Positions 10,042 to 23,125 are shown, numbered from the whole stretch's first letter. The stretch: 63,692 nt of DNA, filler included, from Pirum gemmata (GCA_002812295.1; 15 parts of 15 records of this genome joined end to end with filler, not necessarily neighbours in it), one strand, 5' to 3'. The notes: a model not told the origin generated them from the sequence alone. A program made the numbers and translations.

Positions 10042-11748
10042 CATATTAACAACAGTAACAATGTTAGATTAGATATAGGTGACAGAGTATCTCATATATT
10101 TGATGATGGATTGTCATACGACGGAACCATAACTGGGAGGTCAAAACAAGGATGGACAGTGAAATTTGATGATGGACAAAGATGTCAAAATATGTCATCC
10201 GGGGTGCTTCATAGAGCGTTATGCATAACAGAGCCTAAATCTATAAGTGAAGCTCTAGAGGGAGAAGACGGAGAAGAGTGGAGGCAGGCCATGAAAGATG
10301 AAGTTGACGCTCTCGTGGAAGCAGGAACGTGGTCCAAGGAGGAAAGCAACCCAGATCGGTATATAAACACAAAATTTGTGTTTAAAGTAAAACGCGATGG
10401 TGATGGAAAATTCATTAAGAGAAAGGCAAGACTTGTTGCACAAGGATTTAGACAGGAGGAAGGCATAGATTACTTCGATACAGCTGCACCTGTTATCTCT
10501 AGACAAACGTGTCGGCTGTTATTTGCCATTAAAATGGCTAGAAATTTGGAGATGTACCAATATGACAGCAAAAATGCATTTGTGCGCGCTGATGTAAAGG
10601 AGGAATTGTACATACAGTTACCAAACCATATTGAAAAATTAGATTGTGGCCTGTGCCGATCCAAAAGACGACTATACAAAGCAATTTATGGCACACGTCA
10701 AGCTGGCCGATGCTGGTATGAACATTTCTCATCAAGCATGGCAGAAATAGGATTTCGGAGATGCCTGTCAGAACCATGCTTGTTCATAAAAGAAGATATG
10801 TACTTGGTTGTTTATGTTGATGACATTATTGTATTTGCACCAGCTCATAATGATGGAAGAAAAATCTTAGCGGATGTAAAGGGATTAGAACTTTTGTATT
10901 TAGGAAAAGCAAAGCATTTTTTGGGTTCAAAACTTGAGGAAAATAGAGAGGGAACGATATTAGCGTTGCGTCAACCAGCGTACATTGAAGATTTATTGGA
11001 AAAATTTGGGATGAGCGATTGTAAACCTTCCGGTAACCCAATGCCGACACTTATTGAAAATATTGGGGAGGAAATTAATATTGATATTAGGACCTGGACG
11101 GGATCTTTATTATATCTAGCAAATTGCACAAGACCCGATATTCAAACAGCAGTAAGCATCTTATCTTGTCACAACACGGAAGCTCGAAACGGTGTTTTAT
11201 CAGGATGTAAGAGAGTAGCACGATATTTAAAGTCAACTAAAGAGTGCGGATTATTTTTTTATAAAGCTAACAAACTAAATTTGGAGATCCATGTAGATTC
11301 TGATTACGCTGCTAATAAGGAAAATAGAAGGAGTAGGAGTGGTGTTGTACTATTAATTAATGGAACTCCTATCTGTTGGGGTTCTCATTTACAGAAAACG
11401 GTGGCTTTGTCTAGTTGTGAAGCAGAATACATAGCTATGGCAGAAGGTGCAAAAATGGCACGTTGGGTAAAAAACGTATTAAGTGAGCTTGGAGAAGATC
11501 TGAACGAACCGATTAATATTCGTTGCGATAATCAGTCTGCTATAGCCGTTGCAAAGGATTTCTGTAGCAATAAGCGTGTTAAACATATCGATATTCGTTA
11601 TCATTTTATTCGGGAAATGATCGAAAACGGTGAGATCAAAGTTACTTATATTGCGACCGATGATAATATTGCAGATGGTCTTACTAAGTGTTTGGATAAT
11701 GCAAAGTTCGAGAAATTTATGTCAAGTCTAATCAGCGAATGGGGGAGA

Positions 11749-11778
<30 letters not shown>
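10042..11778 (+). mobile_element. Ty1/Copia pol 3' half: Tudor-like domain, reverse transcriptase, RNase H
   Basis: EPKSISEAL, KARLVAQGFRQEEGIDYFDTAAPV, YVDD, HVDSDYA, VALSSCEAEYIA, CDNQSAI, KHIDIRYHFIRE, ADGLTK; the frame is open upstream of the annotated TTG back to about 10042. Confidence 0.97.
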
Positions 11779-12190
<412 letters not shown>

Positions 12191-12191
12191 T

Positions 12192-12205
12192 CGTTATAAG
12201 CACGA
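12192..12205 (+). promoter_or_regulatory. Primer-binding site complementary to the anticodon arm of tRNA-Ile(UAU)
   Basis: CGTTATAAGCACGA; reverse complement TCGTG-CTTATAA-CG is a 5-nt stem strand, a 7-nt anticodon loop with TAT, and 2 nt of 3' stem. Same register as the GGTTATGRGCCC half-tRNAiMet PBS of copia/Ty5. Confidence 0.75.
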
Positions 12206-13970
12206 TGACTTTCAACACTGTAACACTAAGCTCTGGATCCGAGTGGACTATTTGGAAATCCGATATTATTACTTACTGTACATCCAAGGGGTTCGAAGAT
12301 TTCTTGACAACACCAAAAACTAATGATGACAGCAATGATACTAAAATGGGACGTGCAAAAGTAGTGGTGGTAATGAGAACACATGTGTCCATAGACATGA
12401 AGAAAAAATTGGTTATGCTATCCGAACCAGATCAAATCTGGAAAAAACTGAAAGATATGTTTGAGGGGGGCACTATGCCTCAGTTACGGTTCTACCATGA
12501 TGCTCTAAACAACCTGTCATTGGACTCTTTTAATGATGTTAACGGTGTCATAGGAAAAATCGATGAATTAACTTTGTGTATCACCGCGGGTGATCAAAGT
12601 GTGTTTAGTGATGTGCAGAAAATAAACTACCTACTCCGCGCCATAAACGGAAACGAAAATTGGTCACTTTTTCAAATTAAAGTGGACTTAATACCGACCA
12701 AAGATCAAAATTGGTCAAAAATCTGCGAGGAAGCTCAGACCGAACAAATGAAGCACGACCTTAAGGGTTTGAACGATAAAACTAAAGAAAAGGCCCTATC
12801 GATTAACTGCTTCAACTGCGGGAAACCCGGTCACATGAGACGCGATTGCGATGCGGAAAAATGTGGTACTTGTGGAAAGGCTGGTCATAGCACAGAAAAA
12901 TGCTTTAAAAACCAAACCTGTGAAAATTGCGGCAAGCTAGGGCATGTAACGAAATACTGTAGAATGAAGAATGATAAGGCTAACCAGGTCAAGGACAGAG
13001 TATTGATGGCCCGGGAAGATAGAGCGCTAAGGGCTACTGTACTGGACAGCGGAGCAACATCGCATGTATATGGCGATCGACAGGATTTTGAAGAACTACA
13101 GGAGAAGACTTTCTCAATAGGTGGGGTCGGAAACAGCTCCTCGACATGTAAAGGAATTGGGAAGTTGAAGAAACTCGATGGGCGAGCTATCTTGAACGAA
13201 AACTTAAGTGAAAATCTTATGAGTGTGTCGCAATTGGTGACACATGGGTTCGAAGTAAAGTTCAACAATGACGGATTTACAGCGACTAACGGAGATAAGA
13301 CAATCAGTGGAGTTCACAAAGACAATCTATTCTTTGTAAACAAGGAAAGGGCACTGAACGTGAACGAAACAAGTATGCTGTGGCACCAAAGGATGGGCCA
13401 TGCGAGCCTAAAAAGAATCAGTGAAGTGGTACCTGAGGTAAAGGCAGCCGATGACATAAAGTGCAAAACATGTGCAGAAGCAAATATAAAAAGATCTCCA
13501 AAATCACATAAGGGAAAGGATAAAGACTATGGTTATGAAATAGGAGAGTGTTTAGATATGGATATTATGGGACCAATGTCGGAAATCTCATACGGGGGAG
13601 CAAGATATGCACTAATGGTTGTGGATCGGTGCTCCAAATATACATGGTCGATTGGACTAGCAAATAAAACGGAAAAAAGGGTGACAGAGGCAATGGAAAA
13701 TTTCCTAGATAAAGAGCTAGCAAAAAGGCAAATTAAATGTAAAAACATTCACTCTGATAATGCTCCGGAATTTAAAAATAAGTTCAATACCATGTGCCAC
13801 GCTAGAGGGATTAGCAGGACGTATACTGCCCCCGGAACCTCACTACACAACGCGTATGTTGAGCGAAGAATGGTATTACCCTAGGAATGGCACGTGCTAT
13901 GCTGGAAGAGAATAACACCAGTAAGAAACTATGGGCAGAGGCGCTAAGCTATGCATGTCTAATCTGTTAA
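12205..13970 (+). mobile_element. Ty1/Copia 5' half: gag (3 CCHC knuckles), protease, integrase; frameshifted and truncated
   Basis: Three CX2CX4HX4C motifs, VLDSGATSH protease, WHQRMGH...CKTC, DIMGP / SDNAPEF / YVERR DDE core. A 1-nt deletion near 13870; the other frame continues GITLGMARAMLEENNTSKKLWAEALSYACLI, then homology is lost. Confidence 0.97.
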
Positions 13971-14507
13971 AATTACACATTCATGTTTTTTATGATTTTC
14001 AAGTGATTTTTTATTTTTCATGGGAAACAGTATCCCTTTTATACTTGTTTTTTTTACAGAAAAAAATGTGGGANNNNNNNNNNNNNNNNNNNNNNNNNNN
14101 NNNNNNNNNNNNNNNNNTTAATTAATTAANNNNNNNNNNNNNNNNNNNNNNNNNNNNNNNNNNNNNNNNNNNNTAATAATAATAATAATTAATAACATTA
14201 ATAATAATAATAATAATAATAATAGTAATAATAATGCATCTCACCCTAATATACAATAATAATAATAATAATAATATATGGATCTCACCCTATATTGCTA
14301 ATATACAATAATAATAATAATATAATTCATACGTAAGTTTATTTTAGCTTTTAATAATATTGTACCATTTCTTTTAAATTTTCTAAAACAACATATTGAA
14401 AGTATATTGAAGTAGCAAAGTATGCAACCTTTTGCTAAGCACTTTTTTCTCTTTCTAGTCTAAGGGACTCTAAAGTGAATCGGTTATATCTACTATAGAC
14501 TAATACT

Positions 14508-14660
14508 TAGGGAGTGTTCAATAATTACGTAACGCTGGGGGGTGGGGGGGGGGTCGGATTTTTGTGACACACGTGACGCATTTAATTATAGTCCAAGGTA
14601 TTATTAAAAAATAATTTAGGGTACTATTTTTTCCAAATCGTTACGTCATAAGGGTTGGGT
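14508..14660. mobile_element. DNA-transposon terminus (TTA-GGGAGTGTTCAATAATTACGTAACG family)
   Basis: A near-identical terminus occurs on the opposite strand at ~49525-49552 (CGTGACGTATTATTTGAACGCTCCCTAA). GGG end next to TTA suggests a 3-bp TWA-target element; superfamily not determined. Confidence 0.5.
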
Positions 14661-15341
14661 ACAATACGTGACAGACGTAGTACTAAGTAGTAGCTAGCTT
14701 AGTAGTACTACTAGCTAGCTAGCTAGTAGGACTTATCGTAGTGTTTTGGTATCATAACCATTATTTGAAATAGAGTTTCAAATAAAAAAAAATATAGACT
14801 ATCATATTATTTTTTTTTCCTATGATGATACACACAAATAAGTTTTTTACTTTATGATATGAGTCATATATGATATAAATATACACTCGAACTTTTTCCT
14901 CCCGGTTTTAAAATGATGCTCTGAATTGCTCTGAAGCAAAATAATTTTTATATTCATATGCATATAATATTATATTATTTGGACTATTTATACCGATCGA
15001 TTCCTCTTGTGTAAAAGTAAGTAGTTTAGAGAGGAGAATCAGTTCAAAAGTTATTCATCATTGTTTTTTAAAAGGTCGAAACTTGTGGAATCTACTTCGA
15101 GTAGGCTCCTCGTCGTAGTAGCCAGTTTTATGCCAGTTCAGCCTAAAAAAAAAACAGGCCAGCAGTTTTCCGGAGACTAACAAAAACAGTACAAAAACGC
15201 AGGCAGATTTACCAGAGTAGGACGGTAGGACCTCCAGAGTTTTTTTAGGGACTAAACTTTTCAAAAAAAAAAATCACAAAAAAAAATTATTATTATTGTT
15301 ATTATTGTTATTATTATTATTATTATTATTATTGTTATTGC

Positions 15342-15381
<40 letters not shown>

Positions 15382-15546
15382 GTTATTATTATTATTATTA
15401 TTCAATAGTAGTAGTATTAGTAGTAATAGTAGTAGTAGTAGTAGTAGTATAGTTTTACGCTGTTTTACTATAATTATTATTATTATTATATATACATATT
15501 ATGGAAACGTTATTTATTGAAGTAAACAAATGTCACATTATGATTG

Positions 15547-17807
15547 TTAAGAAAATAAATCACTTATGTCGTTAATCACAAGTCTGTTCATATAATTCGT
15601 TAACCCAAAACAAACTTGAATAACCATGTCATAATACAAAATTGGTATTAGTACTCCATCAGTCAAGATTTTAAATATTTTTGCCTTTCGAATTACTCTT
15701 TCTACATGTATCTTTGTTGATGCTACTTCTTTTGTCACTAGCTTTTCCTCTTCAGAAAACTATTGATGTTTTTTTAGAAAAGCAGGTAAATCAACTTTGA
15801 CCTCTAAACCAAGGTTAGCGCCATTTGTAAACCCCTTGTCAGCCATAACACGAGCCCCAGGCAGTTTCCAGGCCACAGTCTTTCAAATATCCAAACGCAT
15901 TCAGTTGTGAGGTCATTGTCAGATATTCTACCACCATATGGAGGTATAGCATATATTACATGAAGCCATGAAAATTAAAACTTTTGCCGTGTGATGATTT
16001 TTGTAATATGAAAAAAGCATTCTTTGTAATGCTTCGCTACGTGGTGTCTGTGAAAAAAATTCTGTGGTATTGATTATCAGAGCCGTGTGTTTGTATATAG
16101 GGTGATTCTTGAAGCAAGGGAGCATGTTTTCTTCTATCCATTCCTTGTTCAGCTTATTCACCATATTGGTGCCTTTATGCATGATAAATGAATACATCAT
16201 TCGTAAACCCATTTGAAAATATTTTGATGCCGTTTGCCTTGAAATATTGAATAGGTAAGCTAAGTGGTAAAAATAAAAATTTTGCGTCAATTTCATGAAT
16301 GTCAATAACATGTCGTCTTCATAATCTAGTTTCTTTCTTTGTTTTTTTTCGGTATGCCATTGACTTTTTAAGCCTGCTTTTTCAAGTAGTTCCAAAATAT
16401 TGTCAAACCTTTCTTTATAAGGAAAGCCTGTGTAATGTTTGATATTGTTTGGTTTTAATTTTCATTATTTCGTATTTCTTTGAAATTCAGTTTATTGATC
16501 ACTTGACCCTCTCTCGGTAAATCATCCAAAAACTTGTCTCTTTCCGAGACCGCTTGTGGCTCTGTCACTTTGTCTGAGTTGGCAACGTATTGGACAAGTA
16601 CATGACATTGTATGCGCTGTAATAAATCATTTTTTTCTTTTTTTAAACTTTCAATATCAGATTTATATTTCTGATTCTCTTCTTTTTGTTTCTTATTTAA
16701 ACTTTCAGTACAATATTATATCAGATTTATATTTCTGATTTTCTTCTTGTTTTTTGAAATTCAGTTCTAAATCACTTAACCTGCATTGAGTTGTCTTTAG
16801 TAGATCAAAGGCTTTGTCTTTTTCGCTTTGTAAGATTTGTATGTCATATTCGTGTTGTGAAAGTAAACAATTTGATACTTCTAATTCTTTCGTTTTATTT
16901 TCTATTTTTTCAAGCAAATCATTTTCATCCCTGCGCTTACATTGTAAAATATCCTCTAATATCCCTATTTTTTCAAGCAAATCATTTTCATCGCTGCGCT
17001 TACATTGTAACCTATCCTTCAATATCCTTTTGTCTGTACACATACAGCCAGTTCATTCTCTTTTACTAACTTTTCTTGTACACATTGAGCTAGCTTCTCC
17101 TCTTTTTCCTTTAGCTTACATTTTATTGTGGAAATGTAACTTTTGCTCTTTTCAAGTTTACTTTTCATCAGAATTCTATCTGCATCGTGTTCATCTTTCA
17201 TATCGGTTATAAGCGAATTTGCACCTTCAAGCGTTTTTTTTTTCCCTTTTTCAGCCTTGTTCCGTCTACTTTCTGCAGAATTATTGCTACTTCTTATTGA
17301 TTTTGATTTTGTCTTCCGTTACACTAGTTGAAGCAGTACCAGAATACAAATGTACAGGTATTAATCAATAAGCTCTGATTTCTTTCTGCATCCTTACTTT
17401 TTGACAGTATTTGGTTCCATTCTGGATTATCTGCATTGTCGAAGTGTTTAAAGCATACGCGATGCTCTTTGAGATAAAAAAGAAGCGGCAAGTCTTGAGG
17501 TTCTCTTCCAGCCTGTTTCGCTATATTATCTCTTTTTTGTGTCAATTTTGGACATGCACTGTATGAATCATCTTCATTTAAGCTTATAAATTTTATATTA
17601 TCATTATGTTCATAATTTGGGAATGCGGGCATGTTGGTATCGTGCAAGAACGGTTTGAAGCCAGGGTTCCATTTACCTTTTACAACCTTCCTTAGTTCAA
17701 TCATTCCTTCTTTTTTATCCTTAACACGAATACGACAAACAAACGGTAATTTTTTACCTTTAATTAATGTTTTGTTCGACACAATTTACGTGTAAACACC
17801 CACCCAT
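15547..17807 (-). pseudogene. ISL2EU / PIF-Harbinger-type transposase (THAP-like, coiled coil, HTH, DDE_Tnp_4), multiply frameshifted
   Basis: MGGCLHVNC(fs)SNK ... HRVCFKHF (THAP-like); DMLLTFMKL...LAYLFNISRQTASKYF (HTH); IINTTEFF...YKNHHTAKVLI; VMADKGF; PAFL; STKIHVERVIRKAKIFKIL. Several stops and frameshifts; first catalytic Asp position reads Asn. Confidence 0.9.
16904..17028 (-). repeat. 63-bp (21-aa) tandem duplication inside the transposase coiled coil
   Basis: ILKDRLQCKRSDENDLLEKIG / ILEDILQCKRRDENDLLEKIE. Confidence 0.85.
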
Positions 17808-18616
17808 TTTGCTTTGTTGTTTATTTACATAATTTTGTTTATTTATTATTTATTAATATTTATTTATTTATTAATTTATTAAATTAATTTTATTTTTTAT
17901 TTTTTATTTTTTATTTTATTATTTTATTATTTATTTGTGTGTGTGTGTGTGACTGAGTATTTGGTCCTCAAAAATAAAACTGCGAAAAAAAAGTACCACG
18001 GCACAGCTAGTAGCTAGCTAGAGAGTCCATGGTAGAGTCCATAGGGACATAGGACCGTAGGTAGAGTTCTGTCTGAGGTGGAGTTTATGTATACACTCGA
18101 TAGTCTAGCTAGTGCCTATATCTACGCAGTATATTGTGATTTTCATTTATTTTGTCACTCCGAATATTTATTTGGTTGTTTATAATATTTAAATTGATAC
18201 TTTAAATAAATAAGTTTATNNNNNNNNNNNNNNNNNNNNNNNNNNNNNNNNNNNNNNNNNNNNTTAATTAATTAANNNNNNNNNNNNNNNNNNNNNNNNN
18301 NNNNNNNNNNNNNNNNNNNAGTATATAATTGAACTTTTTTATTAAACACAATATTACTTATAAAATTCCAAAATAATTAAAACCTCAACAAATAACAAAA
18401 CAATTGAAAAACACTACTCTAATAATCATAATAATCATAATAATCATAATAATCATAATAATCATAATAATCATAATAATCATAATAAAATCATAATCAT
18501 AATCATAATCATAATCATAATCATAATCATAATCATAATCATAATAATGTTGATAATAATGATGTATTTATTTATTTATTTTCTATTTATATATATATGG
18601 TCTTTATTTTTATTAG

Positions 18617-21600
18617 GCACAAGGTTTGCGAAGAAATGGAGGTGCGGGAACTTTACCCCCTTTCCCAATGCCTATGCCACCAACACCCCCTCAACCACAT
18701 ATGAATTTTCACATTCCACCACCTTTCCCACCTCAACCTCCCCCTTTTTCTTCACAACAAAGTAGACCAGCTACTGCGACTACCACCTCTACTACCTGCA
18801 AACCAACTACTAAAACAACCACAACTAACAATAATGCAGCTGGAGCTTCAAGTAGTTCTGCCAACACACCATTACCTGACTTGTCTAATTTATTAAATGG
18901 TTTATCAGGTACTGGGAACAATAATGGAAATGTGGATATCAACAACTTGCTTGGTGGCGTTTTGGGGGGTATGTCTGGTGGTAACAACGGTGCTGGCTTA
19001 AATATTGGTAATGTTTTATCAAACATTCTTGCAACTAATAGTAATAACAGTCAAACAACAAAAGAAGCATCTTCGTCAGATGAGAAATCTGAAGTGAAAA
19101 TGGCATCTGATGCAAGAAAAGAAAGAATCAGAAAAAGAGCCAGTAAAGAAGATGCTGCACAAACAGGAGTTGATGGAGATGCCATTGGAAAAGCTGTTAA
19201 TGATGCGTTAGCTGCTGCAGGTTTAGGAGCTAGTAATAGTAACGGTTCCGTTAACGATGCTGTGAAACAGGCTTTGTCAGCCGCTGGTTTGGGTAATATT
19301 GGAGGAAATACACAGGCTTTCGCTCCCAATGTTGAAGTACAAACTCATGTTGTTGACAGCAATGGACAAAACCCAGACGATATAGCAAAGTTAGTTAAAG
19401 AACAAGTTATGAATTCAATGAAAGGGAAAAATCATGCATATACTTCATCGACAACATCTTCCTCTTCTTCTACAGCACCTAATGTTCAAACCCACGTTAT
19501 TAATTGTGATGGTAATGGCGAGAATGTTGATGATGTGTCTAATTTAGTTCAAGAAACTGTTCATAATTTGATGACCAACAATCCTAATGTTGCTCCTTCT
19601 GAAATTTCCAGAGTAGTCAAAGAAGCTATTGCCAATTCTCAAAATTCTACTTGTTCACAAACGACACCACAAGTTTCTGTTCATGTAAACGAACCAACTG
19701 TTAGCGTATCTCACCAATTTGGCCAAGATAACCAACATAATGATTTGATAAATCAAGCCGTTGGGCAAGCACTAGGCTCTTTGAACTTGAATAACAGTAG
19801 TTCTAACGTTTCTCCTGATTTAATTGGCGGTGCTATTCAGCAAGCTTTGGGGTCTTTGAATCTCAATAACAATTCTAACGCGTCTCCAGATTTAATCGGC
19901 AATGCTATCCAGCAAGCTTTGGGTTCTCTGAACCTCAATAATAATGCGTGCAATAACAATTCTAATGTGTCTCCAGATTTAATCGGCAATGCTATCCAAC
20001 AAGCTTTAGGGTCTCTGAACCTCAATAATAATGCCTTCAATAACAATTCTAATGTGTCTCCAGATTTAATCGGCAATGCTATCCAACAAGCTTTGGGGTC
20101 TCTGAACCTCAATAACGTTGGTAGTTTAAATTTAGGCAACACCAACAGCATTGGAAATATTTTTCATGGAGTCAATAACAATTCTATGAATCAAGATTTA
20201 ATTGGCAATGCTATCCAACAAGCGTTAGGCTCTTTGAACCTCAATAACAATAATTCTGGAATGAATCCTTCTCCTGATATAATCGGTAGTGCTATTCAAC
20301 AGGCATTGAGTTCTCTAAATCTCAATAACAATAACAATTCTAATTATAACCGAATGAATACATCTCCAGATATGTTTGGCAATGCTATCCAGCAAGCTTT
20401 AGGGTCCCTTAACCTAAATAATAATAGAATGAATGCGTCTCCAGATATGTTTGGCAATGCTATCCAGCAAGCTTTAGGGTCTCTTAACCTAAATAATAAT
20501 AGAATGAATACTTCTCCTGATTTAATTAGTGGTGCTATCCAACAAGCTTTGGGGTCTCTGAACCTCAACAGCAACAATTCCCTCAATGGTGTTGGTAATT
20601 TGAACTTGGGAAACAACATTGGAAATATTCTTCAAGGTGTTTTGGGCTCTTTGAATTTGAATACTAATAACACAAGTCCTGATATGATTAGTAATATTCT
20701 CCAGCAGGTCTTAGGGTCAGTAAATTTGAATAACATCGCTGGATTAAACACACCTAATATGCAATTTGGCGGTAACGGTATGATGAACAATACAGTGAAT
20801 AATGCAGTACAACAAGTATTAGGATCTTTAAATTTAAATAATAATACTAATGCTGGGTTTAATAGTGGTTCTAATAATCTTATCCAAAACTCTGTTCAAC
20901 AAGTTTTGGGTGGTTTGAATTCTAATGGTTCCAACATGTTTGGTGGTAGTAACCCAATGGTCCAAGCCCATGTGTTGTCAGGAAATGGTTTTAATGGAAA
21001 TAACAATAACATTAACAATATTGTTAATAATGCTGTTCAGCAGGCTTTAGGTGGTACTGGTAGTAACGGGTTTATGATGAATAATAATAACCCTATTGAA
21101 AACGCAGTACAACAAGCACTTAGCAATTATGGGTTGGTGGGTGGTGTGAACGGAAACCCGTTTGTTCAAGTCCATACACTAGGTGGAAATGGTAATGGAA
21201 TGATGTCAAATACTAATAATGTTATTGGTAATGCAGTGCAACACGCTTTGGGGCCAATTCTTGTTGCAAACAATATGGGGATGAATGCTAATCCTTTCGT
21301 TAAAGTCCACACTCTTGGTGGTGGTAACAATGGGAGTATGTCCGATGATATTATTGGCAGTGCTATTAGACAAGCTTTAGGTTCTTCGAATTCTAATAAC
21401 AGTTTTTTGTCTGGTAATAATCAAAATGACATCATCTCGAATGCTGTACAACAAGCTTTAGGCTCTCTAAATTTGAATGGGTCACAACAATCCTCAAATC
21501 CTTCTTTTCATATTGGTGGTGGTATAAACTTTGCTAATAACAGTAATGGTAGTAGTAATAATAATGATATCGTTAATAATGCAATTAACCAAGCACTTAG

Positions 21601-22214
21601 TTCCTTAAATCTAGGAAGTAACAATTGTAATAATAATAATAGTACCTCAAGTAATCCATTCGTTCAAGTACATAATACTAATGGTAATAGTAACGTGGCT
21701 GATGCTGTTGAACAAGCCCTTTCGTCTTTAAATTTGGGTACTGGTAAACGCAATACTAACACTACTGATAATAATAGCAACAACATGAACAACACTGACA
21801 TTGGTAAAGTAATCGGTCAAGTTTTGAGTGGTTTAAATTTGAATAATCTTAGTAATAATGATAATAATGATAATAACAACAGCAATGGGTTTGATGTGAA
21901 TAATCTAATTCAGCAGGCTATGAGTGGTCAAACTGATCAGAATAATATTGGGGAAGTCATACAATCTTGTTTGAGAGCAGCTGGATTGGATAAAAATAAT
22001 ACCTCTACCTCTACCTCTACCTCTACCTCTACTTCCACCTCTGCGTCCTCGTCTTCGTCCAGTAGTGGTGAAAAAACTCCAGAGGTTGATGTTCAAGTGA
22101 AAGTTGATGTGGATGGTGATGATTGTGATGATTGTGTTGTTGATGCTGACAAGGTAAATGAAGCTGTGAAAAATGCGTTAAAGAATCTTGGGTTAAATAA
22201 TGATGATGTTGAAG
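18617..22214 (+). CDS. Large internal exon (~1200 aa) of an Asn/Gly-rich protein with (P)DLIGNAIQQALGSLNL repeats
   Basis: 3.6-kb stop-free frame; acceptor TTAG ending 18616, donor G/GTACGT at 22215; Pro-rich N-terminal part; repeats differ at synonymous sites. Confidence 0.88.
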
Positions 22215-22439
22215 GTACGTATGGTTTTATATGTTGTTCATTATTATTATTTATTTTATTTTATTTTATTTTATTTTATTTTATTTATTTTATTTATTAT
22301 TTTATTTTTTATTTTTTATTTTATTTTATTTTATTTTATNNNNNNNNNNNNNNNNNNNNNNNNNNNNNNNNNNNNNNNNNNNNTTAATTAATTAANNNNN
22401 NNNNNNNNNNNNNNNNNNNNNNNNNNNNNNNNNNNNNNN

Positions 22440-22471
<32 letters not shown>

Positions 22472-23125
22472 CAGAAAAGAAAAAACGCTGAAAAAACTGA
22501 AAAAACACTGAAAAAACTGAAAAAACGCAGGAAAAAAACTGCTGGAAGAGGTACTAGCTAGCTCTAGCTAGCTACAGTTTACTACAGATGTAGACGGTAG
22601 ACCCTACATGCTTTTATCTATGATAGTCTATGCTTTTGCAGCTGCACAAACAAACACAAGGAAACTCAAGGAGCCCAAGAAAAAAAAAATTTTGAGGCCC
22701 CTTTCCTACTAGCTAGCTAGCTAGTAGCTGGTCTCTAGCTAGAGTAGCTAGCTAGTAGTTAGCTACAAGCAATAGTCTAGCTATCATAGCTAGTCTAGCT
22801 ACTTACTAGCTAGCTAGCTAGCTAGCTACGGCTTGTCTACAGGACTTGTAGCCCCTGAGAGTTACGGTAGACGATCTATCATCTAGCTGGGGTCTATCAT
22901 AGAAAAAAAACTGAAAAAAAAAAAGAAAAAAACCTTTAGATGACAGCTACTACTAGCTATATAAAAAAAAAAAAGACTGGACTAGCTACTACTAGATGGG
23001 GTCTACCAGCTACTACTAGCTAGCCAGCTACTACTATGATAGAGCTAGCTACTATAGCTAGCTAGCTACTAGAGCCTACTAGCTAGAGAGAGTGTAGCTA
23101 TGTTAGCTGGTAGTATTCGTAGTAG

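Noticed and set aside
13860..13884. Programmed frameshift in Copia integrase
   Set aside because: Falls inside the conserved ERRN motif of the catalytic core with no slippery heptamer; better explained by a 1-nt deletion or sequencing error.
15296..15520. Poly-Leu, poly-LT, poly-RV and poly-F/K ORFs (also 8963, 34289-34527, 35696, 36719, 42047, 53430, 57217, 63486)
   Set aside because: Simple-repeat or homopolymer translations.
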